NCBI GenBank assembly: GCA_024227565.1
Contig: JAAEUE010000303.1
Location: 5,292-69,291, forward strand
From: Alphaproteobacteria bacterium
Lineage (GTDB): Bacteria > Pseudomonadota > Alphaproteobacteria > Rhizobiales > CAJQND01
DNA: 64,000 nt
Direction: 5' to 3'
A program made the translations under genes and the position numbers. The notes under the pieces were generated by a model. It saw only the letters and a list, made by a program, of their open reading frames with translations. It was not told where the DNA came from and made no database searches. The stretch's first letter is position 1; each line of letters starts with the position of its first letter. Shown in pieces: positions 20,033-29,176 of the stretch.

Positions 20033-21061
20033 CTACTCCTCCATCACGCCTTTGCGGCCGAGGAGACCTCGGGGCAGGGTTAGCAGAACAATCACAGCAA
20101 TAAGATAGACGATGATCTGGTCGATGCCGGGAAGGATGGACTTAACTTCATTCATGGACGCAAAGCTCTGGAGCACACCCAAAAGGAATCCGGCAAGAAC
20201 GGCGCCGCCGAGAGAGCCCATGCCCCCAACCACGACGACCACGAAGGACAACACCAGGAAGTCCATTCCGATATGGTAGTCGGGAGGCAATGTCGGCGTG
20301 TACATCGCGCCGGCAACCCCAGCCACCACGGCGGCCAGGCCGAACACAATAGTGAACCGCCGTTGGATGTTGATACCCAACATGCTCACCATCTCGCGGT
20401 CTTGCATCCCCGCCCGCACCACCATGCCGAAGTTGGTAAACTGCAGGAAGGCGAACACCCCAAAAATTACTGCCGCAGAAAAACCAAAATAAACCAGCCG
20501 CCACCAAGGATAGACGACGTTTTCGCCAAGCCCAACCCAGGCTCCAACATTCGCAGCTCCTGCAACGATATCGGGTGCAGGCTGCGGAATTGGGTTTGCG
20601 CCGAAATAATGTTTGATGATCTCCTGCACGACGATCGCCAGGCCGAACGTTACGAGGATCTGGTCAGCATGCGGCCGGTTATAGAAGTGTTTGATCAGGC
20701 CGCGCTCCATGATGACGCCGATGAGAGCCATAACGGGTACGGCCAACAGGATCGACATGGGCACCGACCAATCCATGAGGAATGCAGCCACATCCGGACC
20801 GAACCAGTCTTGGATGTAGGGCACATCCTCTTTTAATGGATTGCCGAGAAAGTCTTTTTTGGTTTCGCTCACCGCTTGGTAAGACGTGGCAAAAATGCGT
20901 TGCAAGGCAACGGCACAGAAGGCGCCAAGCATAAACAAGGCGCCATGGGCGAAATTGACCACACCCAACGTGCCGAACACCAGTGTCAGCCCGAGGGCGA
21001 TCAGCGCATACGCTCCGCCCTTGTCGAGACCGTTCAAAATCTGAAGAAACAAGCCATCCAT
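20033..21061 (-). CDS. branched-chain-amino-acid-type ABC permease, LivH-like
   Basis: 342 aa. [40 protein letters not shown]. Confidence 0.85.
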   Translation of the reverse strand: MDGLFLQILNGLDKGGAYALIALGLTLVFGTLGVVNFAHGALFMLGAFCAVALQRIFATSYQAVSETKKDFLGNPLKEDVPYIQDWFGPDVAAFLMDWSVPMSILLAVPVMALIGVIMERGLIKHFYNRPHADQILVTFGLAIVVQEIIKHYFGANPIPQPAPDIVAGAANVGAWVGLGENVVYPWWRLVYFGFSAAVIFGVFAFLQFTNFGMVVRAGMQDREMVSMLGINIQRRFTIVFGLAAVVAGVAGAMYTPTLPPDYHIGMDFLVLSFVVVVVGGMGSLGGAVLAGFLLGVLQSFASMNEVKSILPGIDQIIVYLIAVIVLLTLPRGLLGRKGVMEE

Positions 21062-21199
21062 ACTAATTAGCCCACCAGCTAAGCCACATCATTCCGCATT
21101 ACATCCAATTCATACCCGAAGCAGATGCGCGGAGCCAGATGCTAGAAAGCGCATCTAATAATTTTTGCCGAGGTTGCCTGCCCTCAAGAGGGCTGAAGT

Positions 21200-21235
21200 G
21201 ACCAGCCGCGAAACCTGTTTGCCGCGCGGCTGGTC
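21200..21235 (-). promoter_or_regulatory. intercistronic stem-loop between the binding-protein gene and the permease genes
   Basis: Perfect 11-bp inverted repeat GACCAGCCGCG / CGCGGCTGGTC with a 14-nt loop. Two smaller hairpins sit nearby in the 193-bp spacer. Confidence 0.45.
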
Positions 21236-21254
21236 TGATCATTTCCAGATTGGG

Positions 21255-22598
21255 TTAGCCGTTGTTGTACGGACCCAATTCGCCGCCCAACAGGCTGGCA
21301 GGATACTCAACCTTCGCACGAGGCGTAACTTCCACGACTTCCAGAACGTCGAACTTGGAGGATGGGTTCTCTTTACCCTTCACAACAAGCACATCCTTGA
21401 AGCACTGGTGGTCATCTGCGCGATATTCGGTCGGGCCGTTGCCAAGACCGTCGAACTTGAAGCCTTCCAGGGACTTGCCCACTTCGCTCGGCTTGAAGGT
21501 GCCGGCACGCTGGCAGGCATCCGCATAAAGGATGGCCTGACAGTATGTTGTGTGGGCAGCCTGTGATGGCGGGAAGCCATACTTTTCACCAAAGGATTTC
21601 ACAAAGGCCTTGGAGCCTTCATCAGCCAGTGACCAGTGCCAGTTGGTTGAACCAAAGATGCCTTTAACGTTCTCACCGGCACCTTGCGCCATCAGACGCG
21701 AGTAGAGCGGCACAACAATGGCGAAGTCTTTGCCGTTCACCTGCTTGTCGCGGAGACCGAACTGAACAGCGTTGGTCAGAGAGTTGACCATGTCTTTGCC
21801 GTAGTGGTTCAGCACCAGAACGTCAGCGCCGGAGTTCAGAACCGGTGTGATGTACTGGGAGAAGTCACCAGCGCCGAGAGGCGTGCGTACAGCTGCTGCT
21901 GTCTGCCAACCAAGCTGTTCGGTGTACTTTTTGATCGAGCCTTCCTGCGACCAGCCCCAGGTGTAGTCGGCTGTCAGGTGGTAAGCGCGGCGATCAGAGC
22001 CAAATGCGTTTTTCAGCACCGGACCCAGAGCAGCACCGGTCATTTCCGTGTTGAAGAAGTGACGGAAACCGTTGGCGCGTTTGTCCTTGCCTGTGGTATC
22101 GTTGGAGTGCGTCAGGCCGGCCATGAAGATAACGCCGGCTTCCTGGCAGAGACCCTGCACAGCGATAGCCACACCAGAAGACGAGCCGCCGGTGATCATG
22201 ATAGCGCCGTCGTTTTCGATCATGCGCTTGGCAGATGCACGGGCTGCATCAGACTTGGTCTGCGTGTCGCCAGTAACGAATTTTACTTTTTTGCCGTTCA
22301 CGCCGCCTTTGAGGGCTTTGGAGGAAAAGGTGTCCAGCATACCGCCGCCGCCAGCATTGATATGCTCAACAGCGAGTTCGTATGCGCGCAGTTCGTCCTT
22401 GCCTTCTTCTGAATAAGCACCCGTCTGCGGGACGTTGAAGCCGAACGTCACCGAGTCACCTGTTGGGGCATTCCGATACGCATGGCTATCAGCCAGGGCA
22501 CCGCGGGTGAAGAAATACGGTGCTGCTGTAGCTGCCGTTGCGGCTGCAGCACTGGTTTTTAACAGTCGACGCCGTGTTAATTGTTTTTGATCGCTCAT
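21255..22598 (-). CDS. ABC transporter periplasmic substrate-binding protein (Liv/amide type) with Tat-like signal
   Basis: 447 aa. MSDQKQLTRRRLLKTSAAAATAATAAP twin-arginine signal. It is the first gene of the five-gene transporter operon. Confidence 0.8.
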   Translation of the reverse strand: MSDQKQLTRRRLLKTSAAAATAATAAPYFFTRGALADSHAYRNAPTGDSVTFGFNVPQTGAYSEEGKDELRAYELAVEHINAGGGGMLDTFSSKALKGGVNGKKVKFVTGDTQTKSDAARASAKRMIENDGAIMITGGSSSGVAIAVQGLCQEAGVIFMAGLTHSNDTTGKDKRANGFRHFFNTEMTGAALGPVLKNAFGSDRRAYHLTADYTWGWSQEGSIKKYTEQLGWQTAAAVRTPLGAGDFSQYITPVLNSGADVLVLNHYGKDMVNSLTNAVQFGLRDKQVNGKDFAIVVPLYSRLMAQGAGENVKGIFGSTNWHWSLADEGSKAFVKSFGEKYGFPPSQAAHTTYCQAILYADACQRAGTFKPSEVGKSLEGFKFDGLGNGPTEYRADDHQCFKDVLVVKGKENPSSKFDVLEVVEVTPRAKVEYPASLLGGELGPYNNG

Positions 22599-22738
22599 GC
22601 GATACCTCCCAAATCGAATTGATACTGAGCATCAGTCCCGGGTTCTCCCGGTTCTGCTCATGAGTTTGCTAGCCGGGTTCGGGCCAACTGGCAATGCGTC
22701 AAACTACTATAAGACTTTAGGCTAATAGGCCCGGAGTG

Positions 22739-24778
22739 CTAGCCCAGCCACCCGCCCTTGCGCTGAAACGCGCCGGCCTCGGCGACCGGGTCAACGGCGA
22801 GCTCCCGCACCACGTCCATGACCGTTTCGGAGAGTTGCGGAAACAATTCCAACGTCCGCTTGTTTTGCTTGGAAGGCAGAGCCAGCCCCTCGTCCGGCAG
22901 ATTAAACCCGAGCGCCGTCATAAGGGTCTCTGCCCCCGGCACACTTGAAAGCTCTGACAGCTCAACCACGTGGAAATGTAAATTCGGCACCCCAGCCAGC
23001 CGCTGCCGGTAGAATTCACCGCGGGCAAACATCTCAACCACATACCAATAGGCCCGGCCAACCATGCCATACTGCTGAAACGGGCCCGGATCCACCACCC
23101 GCCGGGGATAGTTCCAGTCGAGTAAGAATGCCCAGGCGAGACCTGTGTTGATAAAATCACCCCGCGCAATGAAGCTCTGAACCGTTTGAGCGATGTCGCG
23201 CCGCAAAAGCACAATGTCCACGCGGGCAGTCTGGCAAATCAGGCCAACGTTTTCCATCAGACCGGCTTTCGCCAACAGATGGGAGATCTCCGCATACACT
23301 GGCCCGCCGCCTGAGGCGATCAGAGCAGCCTTGCGGCGCCAGAACTCATGGATGTGGTGCACATTCCCCTCGGTGTTAAACCGCATCATGTGGGAAATGT
23401 CCGGCGAATGAAGCCCGAACTGACCCAAGCCCATTCGCTCATGATGCACCTCGGCCCGCGGCACGTTGCTGCGCAGCAACTCGGCCAGAAATGCTGTGCC
23501 CGTCCGTCCCGGCGCAATCGTGAAGATACACTGTTTGCGCGCCTCCAAGGGTTTGCCTGCCAGCTTGCCGGACATGCCCCGCGCCGGCGCAGATTTGAGC
23601 ACATGCGCGTTGCTGCCGATGTGGCTGAGATGATGCTCATCGCGCGACACCATGCCGGACTGCGGGTAGGGTTTGGCACCGAGCACAACAAACTTGCTGT
23701 CATGGATCACCACGCTTGTCCGCGCGATGGGCCACACCTGTTCGCGCAGAAATTTCTGATCTGCGTTGGCAGTCTTTGCCGGGTCGTCAAAGTAGCGCTG
23801 CATCCGGCCGTTTAGGGCCGCCGGCACGCTGCCCCGCACCCCACCCCAAAGCCCGGCCAGCATGGGATCGGTGTGGGTATAAAAATCGCGCAAAACATGG
23901 AAATGCTGCGGAGAGGAAATCCAGTCCTCAACCGCCAAGCGTTCGCGCACGGAGATGAGCGAATCTGCGTCCCGCACAATGTACCGGTCCAGGCTATCAT
24001 CAAAGGCCACCGCAAAGCGCCAAAACAATCCCTCATAGAGCCGGGATTGCGGCGGCATCAAGTTTACTTCAGCACCTGCGGCCGCAAATGCCGCCAGGGC
24101 CCGCTGGGGCACGGTCTCATCGCAATAAAAGCGGCAGACCCATCCAGGATAGATATGGGCCGCCAGCTCGGCATTTTTGATGGCCCCTTGCACATATCGC
24201 TCATTGTCACCCCAGAGCGAAAAGGCAATCACGTTGCGCTCAGGCCGCGTGGCATCGAAGGACGGCACGGGCACAGCAGCAAGTTCATGGGCAGAAACAT
24301 CGACCTTCGCTGCCTCTTCATCCTTCAGCACCAGCGACTTCGAACCGTGCTCAATAGATCGATCAAGCTGGCCCAAATCAAAAAACAAGCGGGCCGCAGC
24401 GTCGTGCAACAAAGGGGAAGTGGGATCTTTTTCTAGCGCGCGCTCCAGATAAGGTTCTGCACGTTTCGGCTGACCGCCGCGCAGGAAGCCCACCACCGCA
24501 TTGTTCAGAAAATCGCTGGAATCGGGGAAGCGCTCCAAGGCCTCTTCCATAATCTCAGCACAGCGCAACTCAGCACCAGCAGCAAAGTAATAGAGCCCCA
24601 GAAACGCCCAATCGTTTTTGGCGGCTTGATCTCCGGCCAGTTCAACCAACCTTTGCTGCGCCTTGATGGCCGACTTTGTGCGGCCCGCCTTATAAAGCGC
24701 GGCTGCTTGCTCGCGAAGCTTCGCCAGCTTGTCGCCATCTGCTTGTATTTGAGCGCTGTTCTGTGCAGTCTGTCCCAT
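22739..24778 (-). CDS. three-part protein: TPR repeats, DXD glycosyltransferase-like region, sulfotransferase-like region
   Basis: 679 aa. Residues 1-150 are helical TPR-like repeats. Residues 181-395 read NVIAFSLWGDNERYVQGAIKNAELAAHIYPGWVCRFYCD...YIVRDADS...AGLWGG. Residues 416-679 start CIFTIAPGRTGTAFLAELL (PAPS-loop-like). Confidence 0.55.
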   Translation of the reverse strand: MGQTAQNSAQIQADGDKLAKLREQAAALYKAGRTKSAIKAQQRLVELAGDQAAKNDWAFLGLYYFAAGAELRCAEIMEEALERFPDSSDFLNNAVVGFLRGGQPKRAEPYLERALEKDPTSPLLHDAAARLFFDLGQLDRSIEHGSKSLVLKDEEAAKVDVSAHELAAVPVPSFDATRPERNVIAFSLWGDNERYVQGAIKNAELAAHIYPGWVCRFYCDETVPQRALAAFAAAGAEVNLMPPQSRLYEGLFWRFAVAFDDSLDRYIVRDADSLISVRERLAVEDWISSPQHFHVLRDFYTHTDPMLAGLWGGVRGSVPAALNGRMQRYFDDPAKTANADQKFLREQVWPIARTSVVIHDSKFVVLGAKPYPQSGMVSRDEHHLSHIGSNAHVLKSAPARGMSGKLAGKPLEARKQCIFTIAPGRTGTAFLAELLRSNVPRAEVHHERMGLGQFGLHSPDISHMMRFNTEGNVHHIHEFWRRKAALIASGGGPVYAEISHLLAKAGLMENVGLICQTARVDIVLLRRDIAQTVQSFIARGDFINTGLAWAFLLDWNYPRRVVDPGPFQQYGMVGRAYWYVVEMFARGEFYRQRLAGVPNLHFHVVELSELSSVPGAETLMTALGFNLPDEGLALPSKQNKRTLELFPQLSETVMDVVRELAVDPVAEAGAFQRKGGWLG

Positions 24779-24907
24779 AGCGGCGCACGCTATTCACAAT
24801 TTCTTAAGACGGAATGAAGCTTGCCCGCTGGGAGCGCATTAATTACCGGGGATTTCTGCGCCCTGCCCCGCTGGCAATCCCGGCCCGGAACTTGCTGTTT
24901 GGAGCTT

Positions 24908-25345
24908 ATGCAAATGAACCGCATGGGACATGATATGGGCTATCGCCGAAGCAGAACCGTTGGTTGGACAGACATCGCGGCACTGTGTGCCGGTTTGGCC
25001 ATCGTGGCACTGTCGTTTATCCCTTGGCTCATCCCGCATTCCTTGCTCAGCTTCATAGGCGGAGACAAGGCGGGGCATTTTGCCGGGTATGCCGTGGTTG
25101 GCGTGCTGGCTCTCTATCGCCGCCGCCGTTTGGCGTCCGCCCTTCTCACTGCGGGGATCATCCTCTATCTGGGTGGGGTCATTGAGTTGCTTCAAGGCCA
25201 TTTCAACCGCAACACAGATATCGCAGACTTCGCCGCAAATGGGCTTGGTCTGGCGCTCGCTGGTGTCATCGTCAGCGGGTTGCGCAGTATGCGGCGCTCA
25301 CGGCGCAGAACCTCTGCACATCTGCAGTCTTCGGCCGTGCGTTGA
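24908..25345 (+). CDS. VanZ-like family membrane protein
   Basis: GGDKAGHFAGYAVVG and IELLQGHFNRNTDIADFAANGLG motifs with 4 hydrophobic segments. The start is uncertain (24908 or 24914; the track ORF starts at 24821). Confidence 0.6.
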   Translation: MQMNRMGHDMGYRRSRTVGWTDIAALCAGLAIVALSFIPWLIPHSLLSFIGGDKAGHFAGYAVVGVLALYRRRRLASALLTAGIILYLGGVIELLQGHFNRNTDIADFAANGLGLALAGVIVSGLRSMRRSRRRTSAHLQSSAVR

Positions 25346-25685
25346 ACTGCCTATAAAACAGCCGGCCAATTTCATTTGCCCATAGTTTAGGCGAATCTCG
25401 CTTTCATTGCCGCCTCAAAGATTCGTAGAAATCACGACAATTCAATAGCTTATCTATTCTCCAGAAATTGGCACAGCCCTTGAAACGGTTAACACCGAAC
25501 GTAAGGGGCCTCACTTCTGCGCTCGCCTGCTGACGAGCAATTGAGGCCATCTCGGAGGCTGCGCAAACCGGGCAATTCGGTGACGGCATGGTGGGCACCA
25601 AGAACGTGGCCGGGGCAGTCCTGCTGCAAGCTCCAGATCAACCCCATCACGTGATCCGCCGGTTTGCTGCAAGATCCTGGGCCCA

Positions 25686-25713
25686 GAAGCCCGGCGTGCC
25701 CGCGCCGGGCTTC
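25686..25713 (-). terminator. hairpin immediately downstream of the AraC-family gene
   Basis: GAAGCCCGGCG-TGCCCG-CGCCGGGCTTC, a perfect 11-bp stem 12 nt after the stop at 25725. T-richer flank (GTTCGTTTGG) on the plus side. Confidence 0.5.
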
Positions 25714-25724
25714 GTTCGTTTGGG

Positions 25725-26726
25725 TTAGCCCGATGAATAGCGAAGGGTTTGGGACGGCTTGCAACCAAACTTTTCCGCATAGAGTTTGGAAAAACGCCCC
25801 GGATTGCTGAAGCCCCATTTGAAGACGATGTCGGTGATCGTGTTATCTCCCGACCTCAGGTCGTCATGCGCACTCTCAAGACGGATACCGCGCAAAACAG
25901 TCATGGGCGTCTTTTGCCGAAACGCCTTGAAAGCATGGTGCAAAGCGCGTTCGCTGCACCCTGCATGAGAGGCAAGCACCTTAACGGTCACAGGCTGGTC
26001 GGCAAAAGCCCGCATATACTCCTCAGCGCGGCGCACAGATTTCGGCACCGCACAATCAATGACACAGCTCTGAGCTTCTTTGTAATTATGCGGCAACATT
26101 TCAAAGACGGCTGAAATGATGTGCTCTTTCAAATTGGTCGTCACAAGCGGGTTTTTCATCGATGCCGCATCATAGACTGCAAGCGTTTTTATGTGCTCGA
26201 TGAGATTGACGATCAGCAGGCCAGCCGGGCTGTTGAGATCCAACACAGGAGAAAACTGCAGCCGCCCTTGCAGTTCGTTCTGATGGAAACTGCGCGCCCG
26301 GTCCTCAAGGGTCTTGAGGGGCAAGACCAGGTCCATCACCTTCCGCGGGCCCAAACCAACCAGGCTCACCCCATCGCCGGCACTAAATAATCGGGCCTCA
26401 GAGGGCTTGGTCCTGATTCTGCCAAATTTAGGGTCAATCAGCTCAGTTACACCTGATATTGGCAGACCAATGGAAAGTGTCCCCCTATCCGCCAGCGCGG
26501 TTCCTATCATCGGCGCCCCCCAATGTGAGCACACCAGCTCCACATCGCCGATAGGGAAATAGGACATGGACGTCCCTGAATTGTGCACACTCTTTCCCGT
26601 CGGCGTCACCTCATAGGGCGCGACATACTTCCCGAAGGTCTCTTCGACCTCCTCGATGGACAGGTTATCAATCTGCTTGTACCGCTCCATAAAGGCCGCG
26701 GTTGTAGTGGATGAAAAATGGCGCAT
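25725..26726 (-). CDS. AraC family transcriptional regulator
   Basis: C-terminal HTH: VKVLASHAGCSERALHHAFKAFRQKTPMTVLRGIRLESAHDDL...ITDIVFKWGFSNPGRFSKLYAEKFG. Confidence 0.85.
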   Translation of the reverse strand: MRHFSSTTTAAFMERYKQIDNLSIEEVEETFGKYVAPYEVTPTGKSVHNSGTSMSYFPIGDVELVCSHWGAPMIGTALADRGTLSIGLPISGVTELIDPKFGRIRTKPSEARLFSAGDGVSLVGLGPRKVMDLVLPLKTLEDRARSFHQNELQGRLQFSPVLDLNSPAGLLIVNLIEHIKTLAVYDAASMKNPLVTTNLKEHIISAVFEMLPHNYKEAQSCVIDCAVPKSVRRAEEYMRAFADQPVTVKVLASHAGCSERALHHAFKAFRQKTPMTVLRGIRLESAHDDLRSGDNTITDIVFKWGFSNPGRFSKLYAEKFGCKPSQTLRYSSG

Positions 26727-26951
26727 AAACAATCTTCACTCTCTAAGCGTGTATTATGCATCTAATACGACAGGATTATCTGTAGAACACGTAAAAATAG
26801 AGCTAAAAAGAAAAATGTGAACAACCAAAGCCAGCAACTGCTCTGCAATCACAGCAGGTGACCGCATTTTACTCAACACTGGAACACCGTTTCACAAACG
26901 ACTATTGGAGACAGCACCGCAAAACTCCTGTTACGGAATTGGACAGTTGGA

Positions 26952-27887
26952 ATGATGCGATGCGCGTCGGCAGGATTGGCGAACACTCAACCAGCCAGAA
27001 GAATGGCTCCGGTGTTTGTGTGTGTTTTGCTCCTTGCCAGTGTTGCAGTTCGTGCAGAGCCCGGCGATGAGGAAACCACATCTGAGGGGCAAACAGCCAA
27101 ACCAACTAAGGAAACCTTCATCGCCGATGTTTGCCAGCGCATAGAGCGCGCAGCCGAGACGTCGGCGTTGCCGCCAGCCTTTTTTGCCCGGTTACTATGG
27201 AAAGAAAGCCGTTTCAACCCAAACGTCGTGAGCCCGAAAGGCGCCATGGGCATCGCCCAATTTATGCCCGGCACTGCCAAACTGAGAGGATTGGAAGATC
27301 CCTTCGACCTGACAACCGCAATCCCTGCTTCAGCGCAGTATCTTGCCAAGCTGCGTGATGAGTTCGGCAACCTGGGTTTGGCCGCCGCCGCCTATAATGC
27401 CGGTGAGAACCGGGTGGCGCGCTGGCGTGCCGGCTGCTCAGGCTTGCCGGGCGAAACGCAGGACTTTGTGGTCTCCATCACCGGCTATCCTGCTGCAGAC
27501 TGGTCTGCTGCCAAGCCGCCTAAAGCCAAGTTCGCTCTTGACCCCAAACGGCCGTTTCAAGCCGCCTGCCGCCGCTTGCCGGTGAAGCGCCACAAACTGC
27601 AGCAAAGGTACGCTAGTGCCCCCTGGCAGCCGTGGGGTGTCCACCTGGCCGCCAACTGGTCCTTGAGCCGGGCGCTCGGCCAATACCGGCAAATTCAGCG
27701 CAAATTCCCGAAGGTTCTGGGCAACCTGAAACCAATGGTGCTGCGCCAGGTCAACTACAGTTTCGGCGCTGCCAGACGGTATGAAATCCGCATCGGCCAA
27801 TCTGACCGTGCCAAAGCCAACAAATTCTGCGGTCGTTTGCGACAGGCTGGTGGGGTTTGCATCGTCTACAAGACCAAGAAGCGGTAA
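26952..27887 (+). CDS. lytic murein transglycosylase (SLT domain) with C-terminal SPOR-like domain
   Basis: LLWKESRFNPNVVSPKGAMGIAQFMPGTA...AAAYNAGENRV, with a catalytic Glu in the ES motif. The C-terminus WGVHLAANWSLSRALGQYRQIQRKF...YEIRIGQSDRAKANKFCGRL is SPOR-like. The start may instead be 27003. Confidence 0.75.
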   Translation: MMRCASAGLANTQPARRMAPVFVCVLLLASVAVRAEPGDEETTSEGQTAKPTKETFIADVCQRIERAAETSALPPAFFARLLWKESRFNPNVVSPKGAMGIAQFMPGTAKLRGLEDPFDLTTAIPASAQYLAKLRDEFGNLGLAAAAYNAGENRVARWRAGCSGLPGETQDFVVSITGYPAADWSAAKPPKAKFALDPKRPFQAACRRLPVKRHKLQQRYASAPWQPWGVHLAANWSLSRALGQYRQIQRKFPKVLGNLKPMVLRQVNYSFGAARRYEIRIGQSDRAKANKFCGRLRQAGGVCIVYKTKKR

Positions 27888-27973
27888 TCCGTGCACGAAG
27901 TTGGCTGCCTTTACTTCGCCTTGACCCTCGCGCACAATTGGGCAAAACAGGCTGGCCCAAACAGGAAAACCCC

Positions 27974-29164
27974 ATGGACGACATCGCTCAAGCCCATAGT
28001 CATGGCGCAATTGACGCTGAAACCATGGGCCAGCTCGTCGAAACGGTGCGCCGTTTTGTGCGCGAAGAGCTGGTGCCCTTGGAAGCCAAGGTGGACGAAG
28101 ACGACCTGGTTCCCGACGAAATCGTTGAAAAGATGCGCGATTTGGGCCTTTTCGGGCTCTCCATACCGCAAGCCTACGGCGGTCTGGGCCTCTCGGCCGC
28201 ACAGGAAATGGCCCTTGCCAGGGAGCTGGGATGGACCTCGCCAGCCTTTCGCTCGGTGGTGGGCACCAATGTCGGCATCGGCTCTCAAGGCATCCTGATG
28301 GATGGCACCGAGGCACAAAAGCAGAGCTATTTGCCGCGCCTGGCCTCTGGCGAGCTCATCGGCTCGTTCTGCCTCACCGAACCTGAGGCAGGGTCTGATG
28401 CAGCATCGGTTCGCACCAAGGCCACCAAAGATGGCGACCATTACATTCTGAACGGCACCAAGCGCTACATCACCAACGCCCGGCGTGCCGGCATTTTCAC
28501 CGTCATGGCGCGCAGCGAGCCGGACATTCCAGGCGCCCGGGGCATTTCCTCGTTCATTGTGGAAGCCGGCACCCCCGGCGTGAGCGTGGGCGCGGCGGAG
28601 AAGAAAATGGGCCAGCGTGGCGCCCACATTTCCGACGTTGTGTTCGACAATGCCAGGGTGCCTGCCTCAGCAATCATCGGCGGCGAGCCTGGCCAGGGCT
28701 TCATCACTGCCATGAAGGTTTTGGACCGCGGGCGCCTGCACATTTCATCTGTGTGCATCGGCGCTGCCCAGCGCCTGATCCACGATGCCTTGGCCTATTC
28801 CGCCGAGCGCAAGCAGTTCGGCAAGCCGATCGGAGAGTTCCAGCTGATCCAGGCCATGCTGGCGGACAGCCACACCGAATGCTACGCCGCTGAAACCATG
28901 GTGGCCGACAGTGCCGCCAAGTTCGACCGGGGCGACAGCCTGACCCTGGAAGCGGCCTGCTGTAAGATGTATGCCTCTGAAATGGTTGGCCGGGTAGCCG
29001 ACCGGGTGGTTCAGATTTATGGCGGCTCAGGATACATTGCCGACTATGGCATTGAACGCTTTTACCGGGATGTGCGCCTCTTCAGGCTCTATGAAGGCAC
29101 CACCCAAATCCAACAACTGATCATTGCCCGCGAACTGCGCAAAGCCCATGCGCAAGGTCGATAA
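27974..29164 (+). CDS. acyl-CoA dehydrogenase
   Basis: About 396 aa from the ATG at 27974. GSFCLTEPEAGSDAAS, YITNA, and IYGGSGYIADYGIERFYRDVRLFRLYEGTTQIQ. Confidence 0.9.
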   Translation: MDDIAQAHSHGAIDAETMGQLVETVRRFVREELVPLEAKVDEDDLVPDEIVEKMRDLGLFGLSIPQAYGGLGLSAAQEMALARELGWTSPAFRSVVGTNVGIGSQGILMDGTEAQKQSYLPRLASGELIGSFCLTEPEAGSDAASVRTKATKDGDHYILNGTKRYITNARRAGIFTVMARSEPDIPGARGISSFIVEAGTPGVSVGAAEKKMGQRGAHISDVVFDNARVPASAIIGGEPGQGFITAMKVLDRGRLHISSVCIGAAQRLIHDALAYSAERKQFGKPIGEFQLIQAMLADSHTECYAAETMVADSAAKFDRGDSLTLEAACCKMYASEMVGRVADRVVQIYGGSGYIADYGIERFYRDVRLFRLYEGTTQIQQLIIARELRKAHAQGR

Positions 29165-29176
29165 GAAGGATTGAAT

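Noticed and set aside
25469-25483. Sigma-54-like TGGCAC-N5-TTGA element
   Set aside because: The -12 element is TTGA rather than TTGC. No plus-strand gene follows for more than 1.4 kb, and no enhancer-binding protein gene is nearby.
27438-28316. 292-aa ORF antisense to the SLT 3' end and the acyl-CoA dehydrogenase 5' half
   Set aside because: It is a Pro/Arg/Gly-rich antisense frame. Both sense-strand genes are well supported.
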